Origin: Candidatus Thalassarchaeaceae archaeon
Lineage (GTDB): Archaea; Thermoplasmatota; Poseidoniia; Poseidoniales; Thalassarchaeaceae
Length of the DNA: 35,204 bases
Reading direction: 5' to 3'
Assembly (NCBI GenBank): GCA_030747885.1
Contig: JASLJW010000049.1
Location: 1-35,204, forward strand
How positions within the stretch are numbered: the stretch's first letter is position 1; the number at the start of each line of letters is the position of its first letter. The notes below the pieces were generated by a model. It was not told the origin of the DNA, ran no database searches, and saw only the letters and a program-made list of their open reading frames with translations. Shown piece after piece: positions 25,073 through 33,519 of this stretch. Made by a program: the position numbers and the translations under genes.

Positions 25073-28000
25073 TTATTCCCATCCATCATCATCATCATCA
25101 TCATCAAAGTCATCATCTTCGAATAGTAAATCTACAAATTCGTCATCTATGCCGTCCTTATTCATTTGACGAATACTAACGAATGTAACTGTTGGGACAA
25201 CAATAATTGCAATTGCAATAAGCAGGATAGTCAGAGGATTTTGTCGAGCTTGTTCAATCCAACCTAATCCCCAACCGTATGCAACATCTATACCTACAGA
25301 AATGGCATTATCTTGTTCATCTATCTCTTCTATCTCATTACTAGCATCAACAACAACTCGAATTCTTTCTATGCCTTTTTGAGCATCCCAAATTGTATCG
25401 ATGTAGATTGTATCTCCATCTTCTATTCGATCAATTCTTTGTGTATTGAATGGTTCAGTAGAATCACCTGCATAGAATGAGACATCGAATGATGAATTCA
25501 GAGAACCTCCGAAGTTTGTTAGGAATGCTCTGAGTTCTACATCTGTACCGACACTAACACGTTGCTGCCCTACTTCGAGTCTCACTGCCCTTAATTCAGG
25601 ACTCTTATCTGCTCCAAGTGTAACCCATGCTAGTTCGAGATCATTATCCAAATAACTTGGTTCTCTTACAGGATCACTTTCACTATTGCTAGTTTGTGGG
25701 AATGTATTTCCTGCTGAATCTTCACCAGTAAGATAGAACCCTACAATATATCCCGTTCGAGGTGTTACTAGTCCTTCACTGGTAAGATCAACTGTTCCAG
25801 TCCATAAGAGAAGGTCATCTTGTAATTCCATTGAAAGAACAGAGAATCCAGCGGCAATTGTAGTCGTCCCATCTCTCATTATCCAGTGTACTTTTTGAGG
25901 AGCTTGTGCTAAATCTGAACATCGCTGATCGGAGGGGTCATTGACACATTCTTCGGTTCCAAGGAATGCAACATCGACTGCAGTAAGATCTGCTTGAGTA
26001 CCTATATCGATTATATCGATTGGAAGGATTCTATGAATTACTCTAGGTGGAGTATGGTCAACACTTAGTTGCAAAGTAGTAGAAACAGAATCTCTAGTCA
26101 TATCTTCACCTCGTCCAGGAATACCGGTGATTCCGGTCAAGAAAGTCCTAGTTTCCGCTGAAGCGAGAGTTGGAGCCGCGCTCAATGGAACTTCCACCAT
26201 GTAATCTCCATTTTCAGTTAGACTTCCATCAGACCACATTTGTACTCCATCGAATACTTCTACTATAATCCCTAGATTATTTGGTGGGGGCGTTTGAGAA
26301 TCTTCATACACTACTCTTCCAGTCCATTGAATACGATCATCTGGCCTAATTGAAGTGGAACTATCTATGGGTCCAACTCGTGGATGCATCACATCGGTGA
26401 TTGAGTAACTGGTTGGATCAAGAATCAAGTCGTTTTCTACGTGGAATGTACGATCAACAAATTCAATTCGACGCATATTTGCACCCAATTGTTTGTATTC
26501 AAATGCTAAATCACTAATTTCTTCATCTGGCCATTCCCAAGACATCTTGAAACGGAAGTCAACGAGAATCCAAGGTAATCCCGTATCGTTACTAATTACA
26601 GTAGTTTGACTATTAGGAAGAATTTCGATATAATCTGAATCACTCCAGAAAGAATTGTTTCTTCCAGAAAATGAAATAGTTTGGCGATCTCTTTCAGGAT
26701 CTGGGCCCTCAAAGTCGAAAATTAAACTAATTATTTCAAAATCTATTATTCCATTTGCATCAACCAATCCAGCACTAATTACTTGTTCAGTGCCTGCGAA
26801 AATTGCATCTCCATCATTATGGCCGGACCAATGAATTCCTGTGAAAACAGACTCCATGTCCTTTCTTGTTCGATATGTAGCAAGATCAGAAGAGAAACCA
26901 GGTCCTTCTCCTGAGTCTAGTAAATTACCTGCAGGATCATTTCCAGTAACATAGTATGAAACAGAAGCAAGGTTAGGATTTCTACTATCATCAATAGTGG
27001 TGAAGAATCTCTTGTTTTCTGCGGATGTTGTGTTAACCATTGTCCGATTCATATATTCGTCAGCATCTGCAATTCCATTTCGATTTATGTCATGATCTGC
27101 TTCCACCCAATAGTGTAGAGTAAGTTCGGTGGGGTCTCCTACTCCGTCTTCAACATCAATTACAATTGATTGATCATATCTGGCAGCAACATAGTCGTCT
27201 TGTTTAGGGCTATTATGGGTGATTTCTGGAGATGTAGCATCAATGTAGAAGGTTCGCCTTGAGTCAGAACTTGGTGGTGAAACTAAAGTCGGATCTCTTT
27301 CATTATATGTTTGAACTTCGTAAGTTATTCCATCAGGAATATCGATATCTGGTACTGTTAAACTGATGAAGAAAGAGCCATCTGGGTTATTTTGATCCTT
27401 CCAAGAAGATTGTACAAAGTCTCCTTGTTCTCCCTTTTGTGCAATTTGAACATCAAATACAGAATTCAAAGGAGTATCTTCAGTATCTGCGAACCACATT
27501 TGGCCTTGGAAAAAGATAGTTTCACCTGCTGAAACCCATGCTCCATCAGTTAGATTTTGACTTGTTGTAATTCCCTCCACATCTCTGACGCCTAGCCAAC
27601 CTAGCCCATATGTCTGATTTACTCTGATTCCCGTGTTTCCAGTTTCTGATAACATAGCTGGAGTAGATCCTTGATCATCGGTACATGTGACTCTAAATCC
27701 TACATTGTCATTGTTATGTTCAGGAAATTCACTGGTAACTCGGAATCTCCAATGGATTTCAAAAATACCATTGTTATTTGTGGTGTATGTGCCACCTTCT
27801 TGCCCTGGCTGAATAGGAATAATCCAATCTGCTGGATCGTCATCCATCAGAGTTCCAGTTTGTGACCATGTTAGTGATGGAGAATCTGAACTAGGTGAAG
27901 CAACAAAATCTAGAGTAGCATCCGTAATCCCAGATGCTCCTTCTCCGATGACATGTCGAGTTACAACTTCGTAAGCTTGGCTACGCTCGTGTAGAATCAT

Positions 28001-30094
28001 CCCTTGATCCCAAATGATGTCTAAGTTCACTGTTTGCATGGTATATGAGAGTTCAAATGAATTGATTTTTACTAGGCCTGGAGCAGTGGACGAAAGACTG
28101 ATTGGAATAGTTATAGTGCCTACACCAGTTCCTGGAATTTCGGAATTAATTGCACTTAGTAGGTTTGCATTGCTTGCATCTACTATCCCAAGAAGAGTTC
28201 CAGTATGAGCCCATTCATCTGTTCCATCATCCCCAATATCCATCTTTACATTTTGAGGTGCTTGACTGAAAATTTGAATGTTGAAATCATCTAAAGTGGG
28301 CGTATTAGCGTTGCCTGATCCTGAATAGAAATAGATGTAGAAATAGATGTATGAACTACTCCCAGAAAAAGAAATTGTTTGCCCAGGAGTATTAACGCTG
28401 TATTGCTGTCCGATTTGAAAATACATATTGAAATATGAATTACCGGGAGTTGTTGAATTCCACCATACTTTTGCAGCAACTGGAGCAGTTCCTGTAGTGC
28501 CTAGATATTTGTAACCTCTAATGTAACCACTTGAAGAGAAGCTTGAGACATATGTTAGTTGAACTCGATCTATAATTGGGGAGATACTGTTGTTGGTACC
28601 GTTGAGATAGGCTCGCCATTTGACTTGGTTTCCAGCATTTGCGAATGTAATTTGATTCCCTAGAGTTGCTGCTTTCCAAGAGTTTCCACCATCCACACTA
28701 ACTTCGATTTCTACAGAAGTTCCACTAGGTTCGTATGTGATTAGTCCGTTTAGTGTAATTGCACTGATTGGAGAAGCCAAATTTGTCGTTGATCCTATTG
28801 CTATACTACTTGATTGAGACGATGCTCTATGTTCAAAAGTAGCCCCAATTCCCGACTTTAAGACAGTTCGACTGGTTGTAGTAGGACAATAACTTGTAAT
28901 GGCTGAGTAAAAACAAGAGTAGAGAACATTTCCTTCTCCATCATCTGCAATTCCATAATGGCCTTTACTGTTCAGAGTGATTGAACCTTGGAAATCAACC
29001 CAAGCCCCAGCACTATGTAAAACAAAATGAGTAGACGAAGAAGTCCGATAAGAATTAATCAAAATCCTAGGGTAGTTGACTGCAAGCCCGGATACTGTAC
29101 CTGAAATTGTAGTACTCGTCCCAAGATAAGTGATAGAATTCGCAGTAGTAGGATTAGATCTTGAAACATTCCATAGATTGTAAGTCAATGATCCGGAACT
29201 TGAACGAACCAGAACTTTCAGAGAATCACTTTCTTGATCTATTGCAATCCCGACAGGATACGAACTAGAACTAGACATTGTCCAACTACCAACACAACTC
29301 CATGTAGAATCGGTAACCGTCCATTTTGTAATTAATCGATAATTGTATGAAACAGCCCAAACAGTATTCTCCCCATCTGCAGCTAAGTCGTAAAGTGAAT
29401 AAAGGGCTTGACTATTGCAATTGTTGTATTGTTTTGTTACTTGATTTACAACATTTGATGAAGATGAGTTGTAAGAATTTATTGCAGGTGTTTGATACAC
29501 CGTACTTGAACCATAATTACTTGAGAATAAGGTATCACCTACCTTTACTAAGGCTCCTGGGTAGTTCCAATTCATACTATTTGGTACAGTCATTGCATTC
29601 CCGCTGACTGTAGGGCTAATGTACCCTTGATCCCCATTTGAAGCAAATCTTCCAGAAGTATTGTGATATGAAGATGAAGCACTATCCCAATCCCTAGAAG
29701 CAGCTAGATTGTTTGAACTGGTGGTTTCTTGAGTATTGAGAGTTATTTCGTCATTAGCTACTTTCAAATTATTCCTATACCAACTAGAGAAGTATGTACC
29801 TGTGAATGATGCTGTGGTAGTCCCAGCACCTCCAAATTCACTGTCCGTAGTTCGGTTTTCCCATTGTGTATTCTGCGCAGTCCCTTCAATGGCAAATCGT
29901 GCTTGAGTAACTGCTGCACCATATGGGAGTGTTATTCCGGGTGTCTGAGCATCTCCACCAGTCGCACTAGTGAAACTATGGCTGAATGTAGTAGTCCCAT
30001 CAGCAAACTGAGTTTCTGTAGTTGCTGCCGAGACGAGTGGCGAAAGTGACATGGAAATAAGCAGAAAAAGAACAAATATTGGAGTACGTCCCAT
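25073..30094 (-). CDS. Giant (1673 aa) secreted type-I membrane-anchored surface protein: candidate S-layer/adhesin glycoprotein
   Basis: Sec signal peptide 'MGRTPIFVLFLLISMSLSPLVSA|ATTE'. The ectodomain is S/T/N/G-rich with many N-x-S/T sequons and paired Cys. A membrane-proximal CARDB-like module runs 'VELRAFLTNFGGSLNSSFDVSFYAGD...IRVVVDASNEIEEIDEQDNAISV'. There is a single TM 'LTILLIAIAIIVVPTVTFVSI' and an acidic tail 'DDEFVDLLFEDDDFDDDDDDDGWE'. GGAGGT lies 6 nt upstream of the ATG. Confidence 0.85.
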   Translation of the reverse strand: MGRTPIFVLFLLISMSLSPLVSAATTETQFADGTTTFSHSFTSATGGDAQTPGITLPYGAAVTQARFAIEGTAQNTQWENRTTDSEFGGAGTTTASFTGTYFSSWYRNNLKVANDEITLNTQETTSSNNLAASRDWDSASSSYHNTSGRFASNGDQGYISPTVSGNAMTVPNSMNWNYPGALVKVGDTLFSSNYGSSTVYQTPAINSYNSSSSNVVNQVTKQYNNCNSQALYSLYDLAADGENTVWAVSYNYRLITKWTVTDSTWSCVGSWTMSSSSSYPVGIAIDQESDSLKVLVRSSSGSLTYNLWNVSRSNPTTANSITYLGTSTTISGTVSGLAVNYPRILINSYRTSSSTHFVLHSAGAWVDFQGSITLNSKGHYGIADDGEGNVLYSCFYSAITSYCPTTTSRTVLKSGIGATFEHRASSQSSSIAIGSTTNLASPISAITLNGLITYEPSGTSVEIEVSVDGGNSWKAATLGNQITFANAGNQVKWRAYLNGTNNSISPIIDRVQLTYVSSFSSSGYIRGYKYLGTTGTAPVAAKVWWNSTTPGNSYFNMYFQIGQQYSVNTPGQTISFSGSSSYIYFYIYFYSGSGNANTPTLDDFNIQIFSQAPQNVKMDIGDDGTDEWAHTGTLLGIVDASNANLLSAINSEIPGTGVGTITIPISLSSTAPGLVKINSFELSYTMQTVNLDIIWDQGMILHERSQAYEVVTRHVIGEGASGITDATLDFVASPSSDSPSLTWSQTGTLMDDDPADWIIPIQPGQEGGTYTTNNNGIFEIHWRFRVTSEFPEHNNDNVGFRVTCTDDQGSTPAMLSETGNTGIRVNQTYGLGWLGVRDVEGITTSQNLTDGAWVSAGETIFFQGQMWFADTEDTPLNSVFDVQIAQKGEQGDFVQSSWKDQNNPDGSFFISLTVPDIDIPDGITYEVQTYNERDPTLVSPPSSDSRRTFYIDATSPEITHNSPKQDDYVAARYDQSIVIDVEDGVGDPTELTLHYWVEADHDINRNGIADADEYMNRTMVNTTSAENKRFFTTIDDSRNPNLASVSYYVTGNDPAGNLLDSGEGPGFSSDLATYRTRKDMESVFTGIHWSGHNDGDAIFAGTEQVISAGLVDANGIIDFEIISLIFDFEGPDPERDRQTISFSGRNNSFWSDSDYIEILPNSQTTVISNDTGLPWILVDFRFKMSWEWPDEEISDLAFEYKQLGANMRRIEFVDRTFHVENDLILDPTSYSITDVMHPRVGPIDSSTSIRPDDRIQWTGRVVYEDSQTPPPNNLGIIVEVFDGVQMWSDGSLTENGDYMVEVPLSAAPTLASAETRTFLTGITGIPGRGEDMTRDSVSTTLQLSVDHTPPRVIHRILPIDIIDIGTQADLTAVDVAFLGTEECVNDPSDQRCSDLAQAPQKVHWIMRDGTTTIAAGFSVLSMELQDDLLLWTGTVDLTSEGLVTPRTGYIVGFYLTGEDSAGNTFPQTSNSESDPVREPSYLDNDLELAWVTLGADKSPELRAVRLEVGQQRVSVGTDVELRAFLTNFGGSLNSSFDVSFYAGDSTEPFNTQRIDRIEDGDTIYIDTIWDAQKGIERIRVVVDASNEIEEIDEQDNAISVGIDVAYGWGLGWIEQARQNPLTILLIAIAIIVVPTVTFVSIRQMNKDGIDDEFVDLLFEDDDFDDDDDDDGWE
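25085..25105 (-). repeat. Perfect (GAT)7 trinucleotide microsatellite encoding the poly-Asp tail of the giant surface protein
   Basis: The plus strand reads (ATC)x7 at 25085-25105. On the minus strand this gives GAT x7, i.e. DDDDDDD, followed by GWE and the stop. Confidence 0.95.
28327..28350 (-). repeat. Perfect 12-nt tandem duplication inside the giant gene
   Basis: The plus strand reads 'agaaatagatgt' twice (28327-38 and 28339-50). It encodes 'YIYFYIYFY' within '...SGSSSYIYFYIYFYSGSG...'. Confidence 0.95.
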
Positions 30095-30100
30095 TGCCTA

Positions 30101-30106
30101 ACCTCC
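30101..30106 (-). promoter_or_regulatory. Shine-Dalgarno site of the giant surface-protein gene
   Basis: Plus-strand ACCTCC corresponds to GGAGGT on the minus strand, 6 nt upstream of ATG 30094. Confidence 0.7.
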
Positions 30107-30237
30107 GGTGGTGTTTCATCTCTTACTGAATGGACATATCAACATGGCGTCGTCTCGTCAAACTTTATTGAAGTAAAATATCGAAGATTATATGAGAAAG
30201 TAGAATAGAATTGAACTTACAGGAAAGGTTGGTTATC
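30107..30237. promoter_or_regulatory. Divergent promoter region between the giant gene and the membrane-protein / signal-peptidase genes
   Basis: 131-nt AT-rich spacer with TATA-like words: 'ATTATATG' at 30187-94, about 45 nt upstream of ATG 30238, and minus-strand 'TATTTTAC' at 30173-80, about 80 nt upstream of ATG 30094. These are only sequence resemblances to archaeal TATA boxes. Confidence 0.3.
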
Positions 30238-31044
30238 ATGGCTCGTCGAGACAGGAAGCAGAGTGGCAACGTGTTCAGTCGTTGGTGGGAAGAGCGTAGA
30301 GATCAACATCTTAGTATCCTATTCATTCTCTCTATGGTAGGTCTTGGAGCATTCCTTTGGTCACTTGTTTTCTTTATGATGATGGATGGCGTTACTGAAA
30401 TGCCAGACCTCATTGGTCTTTCATGGTTTATGGCAATTAGTGGTCTAATTTTACTTGGGGTTGTAGGTCCTGAATTTTTTAGATATAATGAACAATTAAC
30501 ACTCCTCCGAGAAATTCTAGAATTAGAATCTCGAGCTGAAATTCAGAAAAGAAGAAAAGAAGCAGAAGAAGCAGCAACATTACTCGGAAGTATCCATCAA
30601 GGTAAGTTACTAGCACATTACAAGACCCACGGAATTCGAGCAGGCCGTGCATTTGGGTCAGCAGCCACAAATTTTGCGACTGAAGAATCATCTCTTGCTT
30701 CGTGGTGGAATGCGGAAAGAACTAAATTATCTGAAAATACTGGTGTAGAAGGTTTTGCTTCCCCGAATGTCCACAAATCATTGATTGTAGGTGGGATAAC
30801 AGGGATTGTTCTTCTTTTATGGAATTCATTATTTGGAATTGCTCGAATGACAATCGATGGTCCACGTGACTATTCAATCAATGTTCTTGCCTGGTTCAAA
30901 GGGATGCTTGGTTCAGAAGGCAATCTTCTCGTAGAACCCATTTCTTTTGATTTAATGACCGTTGTATTGTTAATTCTATTGGGGGCATTACTTTGGTCCA
31001 CCATTCCAACGGTTTCGTTGAAATTTTCAACGGAAGAGGAGTGA
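30238..31044 (+). CDS. Hypothetical membrane protein (2 TM, cytoplasmic coiled-coil/basic segment, 2 TM)
   Basis: Hydrophobic spans 'LSILFILSMVGLGAFLWSLVFFMMM', 'LSWFMAISGLILLGVVG', 'LIVGGITGIVLLLWNSLFGI' and 'LMTVVLLILLGALLWSTI'. A charged segment 'LELESRAEIQKRRKEAEEAA' is also present. I recognise no family. The track start at 30211 is TTG; the first ATG is at 30238. Confidence 0.55.
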   Translation: MARRDRKQSGNVFSRWWEERRDQHLSILFILSMVGLGAFLWSLVFFMMMDGVTEMPDLIGLSWFMAISGLILLGVVGPEFFRYNEQLTLLREILELESRAEIQKRRKEAEEAATLLGSIHQGKLLAHYKTHGIRAGRAFGSAATNFATEESSLASWWNAERTKLSENTGVEGFASPNVHKSLIVGGITGIVLLLWNSLFGIARMTIDGPRDYSINVLAWFKGMLGSEGNLLVEPISFDLMTVVLLILLGALLWSTIPTVSLKFSTEEE

Positions 31045-31053
31045 GGAGAATCG

Positions 31054-32022
31054 ATGTCCAACGGCTATGGATGGATTCGAGAGATCCTTCTTGCTGCTGG
31101 TATGATTCTAGTTTTATACGGCTCACTTGTATTGATGACTGGTTCTTCCCCTCCAATGGTTGTTGTTGAATCACAATCAATGATGATGGACGAAAATTCC
31201 CATATTGGAAGTATAGATCCAGGAGATATCATCCTAGTCACTGATTCAGATAAAAGAGATGTGATTACATATGCTGAAGCAGTAGAACCGGGCAGTCGTT
31301 TCGAAGGATTTTCCACTCACGGAATGCCAGGTGATGTAGTAATCTACAGAAAGAATGGGGGCAATGATACTCCAGTAATTCATCGGGCAATATTGTTTGT
31401 TTCAGCGAATGAAATTGAAGATACACAATCTGATGGTACTTGTTTGGAGGGAGAATTGGATGAACAATTGATTAGTTCCGAAGGTTCAGTTGGAGCATGT
31501 ATTCTTACTTGGGATGTACGCGGGACATCAATATCTAATGTGTCTTCGATTAGTTTGAATCTGACTGGTTATTCTTGCCAATCGCATGGATATTTGGTAA
31601 TTCAGAATTGGGTCCCTGAGCATGAAGGGTATCTAACTTCAGGAGATAATCCAAGGACTAATGGCTGTACTGTAGATCAACTCATTGCTACAGGATCTAG
31701 TGGTTCAGGGCCACACTATTTTGGATTAAGAGATGAATTTGGAAAACCTGTAACTGCTGTCCGTTCAGATTGGGTATCTGGAATTGCAGGCCCTGAGATT
31801 CCATGGTTTGGAATTGTCAAACTTGCAGCATCAAGTAATTCTAGTGAAGTTACTTCTGATGCTTGGACCAATCTCTTCTTAGCTGTTACAATTTTACTTG
31901 GAAGTGTAATGATTATAGAGAAAAGCATGAGTTACCTAGTTGGTTCTTCTCCTGAATTTGAACATTCAAATCAAGAGTCTGAAAAGAATCGGGATCATGA
32001 AAATTCCTATGAAGAGGAGTGA
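31054..32022 (+). CDS. Archaeal/eukaryotic-type (Sec11-like, S26B) signal peptidase I with an inserted Cys-containing segment and a C-terminal TM
   Basis: N-terminal TM, then 'VVESQSMMM' (catalytic Ser box), 'PGDIILV', 'PVIHRAILFV' (His box), 'YLTSGDNPRTNGCTVDQ' (GDN...D box). GAGGAG lies upstream of the ATG, inside the end of the preceding gene. Confidence 0.8.
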   Translation: MSNGYGWIREILLAAGMILVLYGSLVLMTGSSPPMVVVESQSMMMDENSHIGSIDPGDIILVTDSDKRDVITYAEAVEPGSRFEGFSTHGMPGDVVIYRKNGGNDTPVIHRAILFVSANEIEDTQSDGTCLEGELDEQLISSEGSVGACILTWDVRGTSISNVSSISLNLTGYSCQSHGYLVIQNWVPEHEGYLTSGDNPRTNGCTVDQLIATGSSGSGPHYFGLRDEFGKPVTAVRSDWVSGIAGPEIPWFGIVKLAASSNSSEVTSDAWTNLFLAVTILLGSVMIIEKSMSYLVGSSPEFEHSNQESEKNRDHENSYEEE

Positions 32023-33471
32023 CGTAATATTTGCAGTTTTATTTGCAAATATTTTAGCTCTTTGAGGATGAAAAATTCCTAATTTATTTGACGCCCAAGT
32101 GATAATTACCAGAATAGAATCTCTCATGATATGTCCCCCATCAAAGGGGACAACGGGGATTAGATTTGCAAAACCCAATAGGAAATTAATCCAAAATAAC
32201 CAGAAGATAGCATCCACAAAATGTTTCTCAAGATTATTCCAAACAAGCATTTTTTCCTCTTCTTCTGTCATTAATTCCCCATCAAATGTAAAAGGAGTTG
32301 CCAGTAAATTAATTGGATGAGCCAAAGATTTGAATAATCGCATTTCAGATGACAAACCTGGATAGAACGGCCCCATTAATTGGTATCTTCCATCATCGGT
32401 GCTTCTGATTGGGTTCCCTCCGTAACTGTCAGTGGTAACTCCAATGAATGCATCACCTGGCTCGATTCCAGCCATTGCTAGATTTTCTTCAGAAAAATTG
32501 TTTGAAAGATAATGTTCGAATTTGTCACCTAATGTGATCTCAATTGTTTCTTCTTCCATCCATTTTCCATCATTGTATGGCCTAATATGAAATTGAAGAA
32601 CATCGTTTGCTTTTGATGAATCCACGATTAGACGTAAATCGTCAGCATTGGAAATTGTTGTTTCGTTAACTCCTACAATGATATCGTAGGGTTGCAATCC
32701 AGCCTCATTTGCAGGTCCATCTACTACAATAGCCGGGCTATATGCTCCTTGAATCGCAGGATCAACTCCACTGATTCCAACAGCTAAAACAAATGTAAGC
32801 AATGCAGCAAAAACCAAATTTACAGCAGGCCCTGCAGCGTATATTCTCATTCGCTCTCTTTTTGGTGCTTTCATAATTTCTTTAGTTTCAGGTTCAGCAA
32901 AAGCACCAATAGGAATCAATGAAACAATAAGTAAACCAAAACTCTTGACTCTCATTCCATGTGCTCTCATTTGGATTCCATGCCCATATTCGTGTATTAC
33001 TAAAGCAACAATAAGAGAAACTAGGGGCCAAAATAGAGGAATTCCTTGAGAAACGCCCGGAATAAGCAAGACATCAGATGTTTGTATCGATTCGACTTCT
33101 GGAGTTGTGAATGTTGATACTGCAGTTAGAATTAGTAAAAGTGAGGTAAGAAATACTACACATACACAAATCCAAAGTGAAAACTCTCCAAACCATCGCC
33201 AAAATCTCCTAGGTTGAGATATTTTTTCTAGTACTCCTTGTCCACGATTCGTTCTAACCATTAGAATAAAGCCTAGAACCTTAGTAGCATTCCACCTTTC
33301 GAGAATCCCTTTTTTTTCCAGAATTAGTAGTATGAAGACATTGAATAAAATGACTGAAAAGAAATATGAACCATTCAACAGCGCCATTACTCCAATTATA
33401 AGAATGAACAAATCCCTCAAACTGAGAGTCTCCACTATACTCTTCACAGCATTTGCTATCTTTGACCGCAT
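31966..33471 (-). CDS. Site-2 protease (M50 zinc metalloprotease, RseP-like) with internal PDZ domain
   Basis: 'VIHEYGHGIQMRAHG' (HExxH), 'NLIPVVPFDGGHIMRD' (NxxPxxxxDG), and the PDZ-like 'AGLQPYDIIVGVNETTISNADDLRLIV'. The first ATG is at 33471, with GGAG 8 nt upstream. An alternative GTG start lies at 33516. Confidence 0.88.
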   Translation of the reverse strand: MRSKIANAVKSIVETLSLRDLFILIIGVMALLNGSYFFSVILFNVFILLILEKKGILERWNATKVLGFILMVRTNRGQGVLEKISQPRRFWRWFGEFSLWICVCVVFLTSLLLILTAVSTFTTPEVESIQTSDVLLIPGVSQGIPLFWPLVSLIVALVIHEYGHGIQMRAHGMRVKSFGLLIVSLIPIGAFAEPETKEIMKAPKRERMRIYAAGPAVNLVFAALLTFVLAVGISGVDPAIQGAYSPAIVVDGPANEAGLQPYDIIVGVNETTISNADDLRLIVDSSKANDVLQFHIRPYNDGKWMEEETIEITLGDKFEHYLSNNFSEENLAMAGIEPGDAFIGVTTDSYGGNPIRSTDDGRYQLMGPFYPGLSSEMRLFKSLAHPINLLATPFTFDGELMTEEEEKMLVWNNLEKHFVDAIFWLFWINFLLGFANLIPVVPFDGGHIMRDSILVIITWASNKLGIFHPQRAKIFANKTANITSLLFIGIFMIPILFRLLI

Positions 33472-33519
33472 TTGAATGCTCCATTGATTTATCACCGCTG
33501 GTTTCTTACCTCCCACCTA

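Noticed and set aside
12902-32022. A recurrent acidic '(S/T/Y)EEE*' C-terminus appears on three proteins (FKBP '...SSTEEE', the 4-TM protein '...FSTEEE', signal peptidase '...SYEEE'). It might be a shared sorting or degradation tag.
   Set aside because: The sample is only three proteins, in what looks by eye like an acidic-leaning protein set. In at least one case the GAGGAG codons double as the SD of the next gene (31036-31050 before ATG 31054). Without genome-wide statistics this is not distinguishable from chance.
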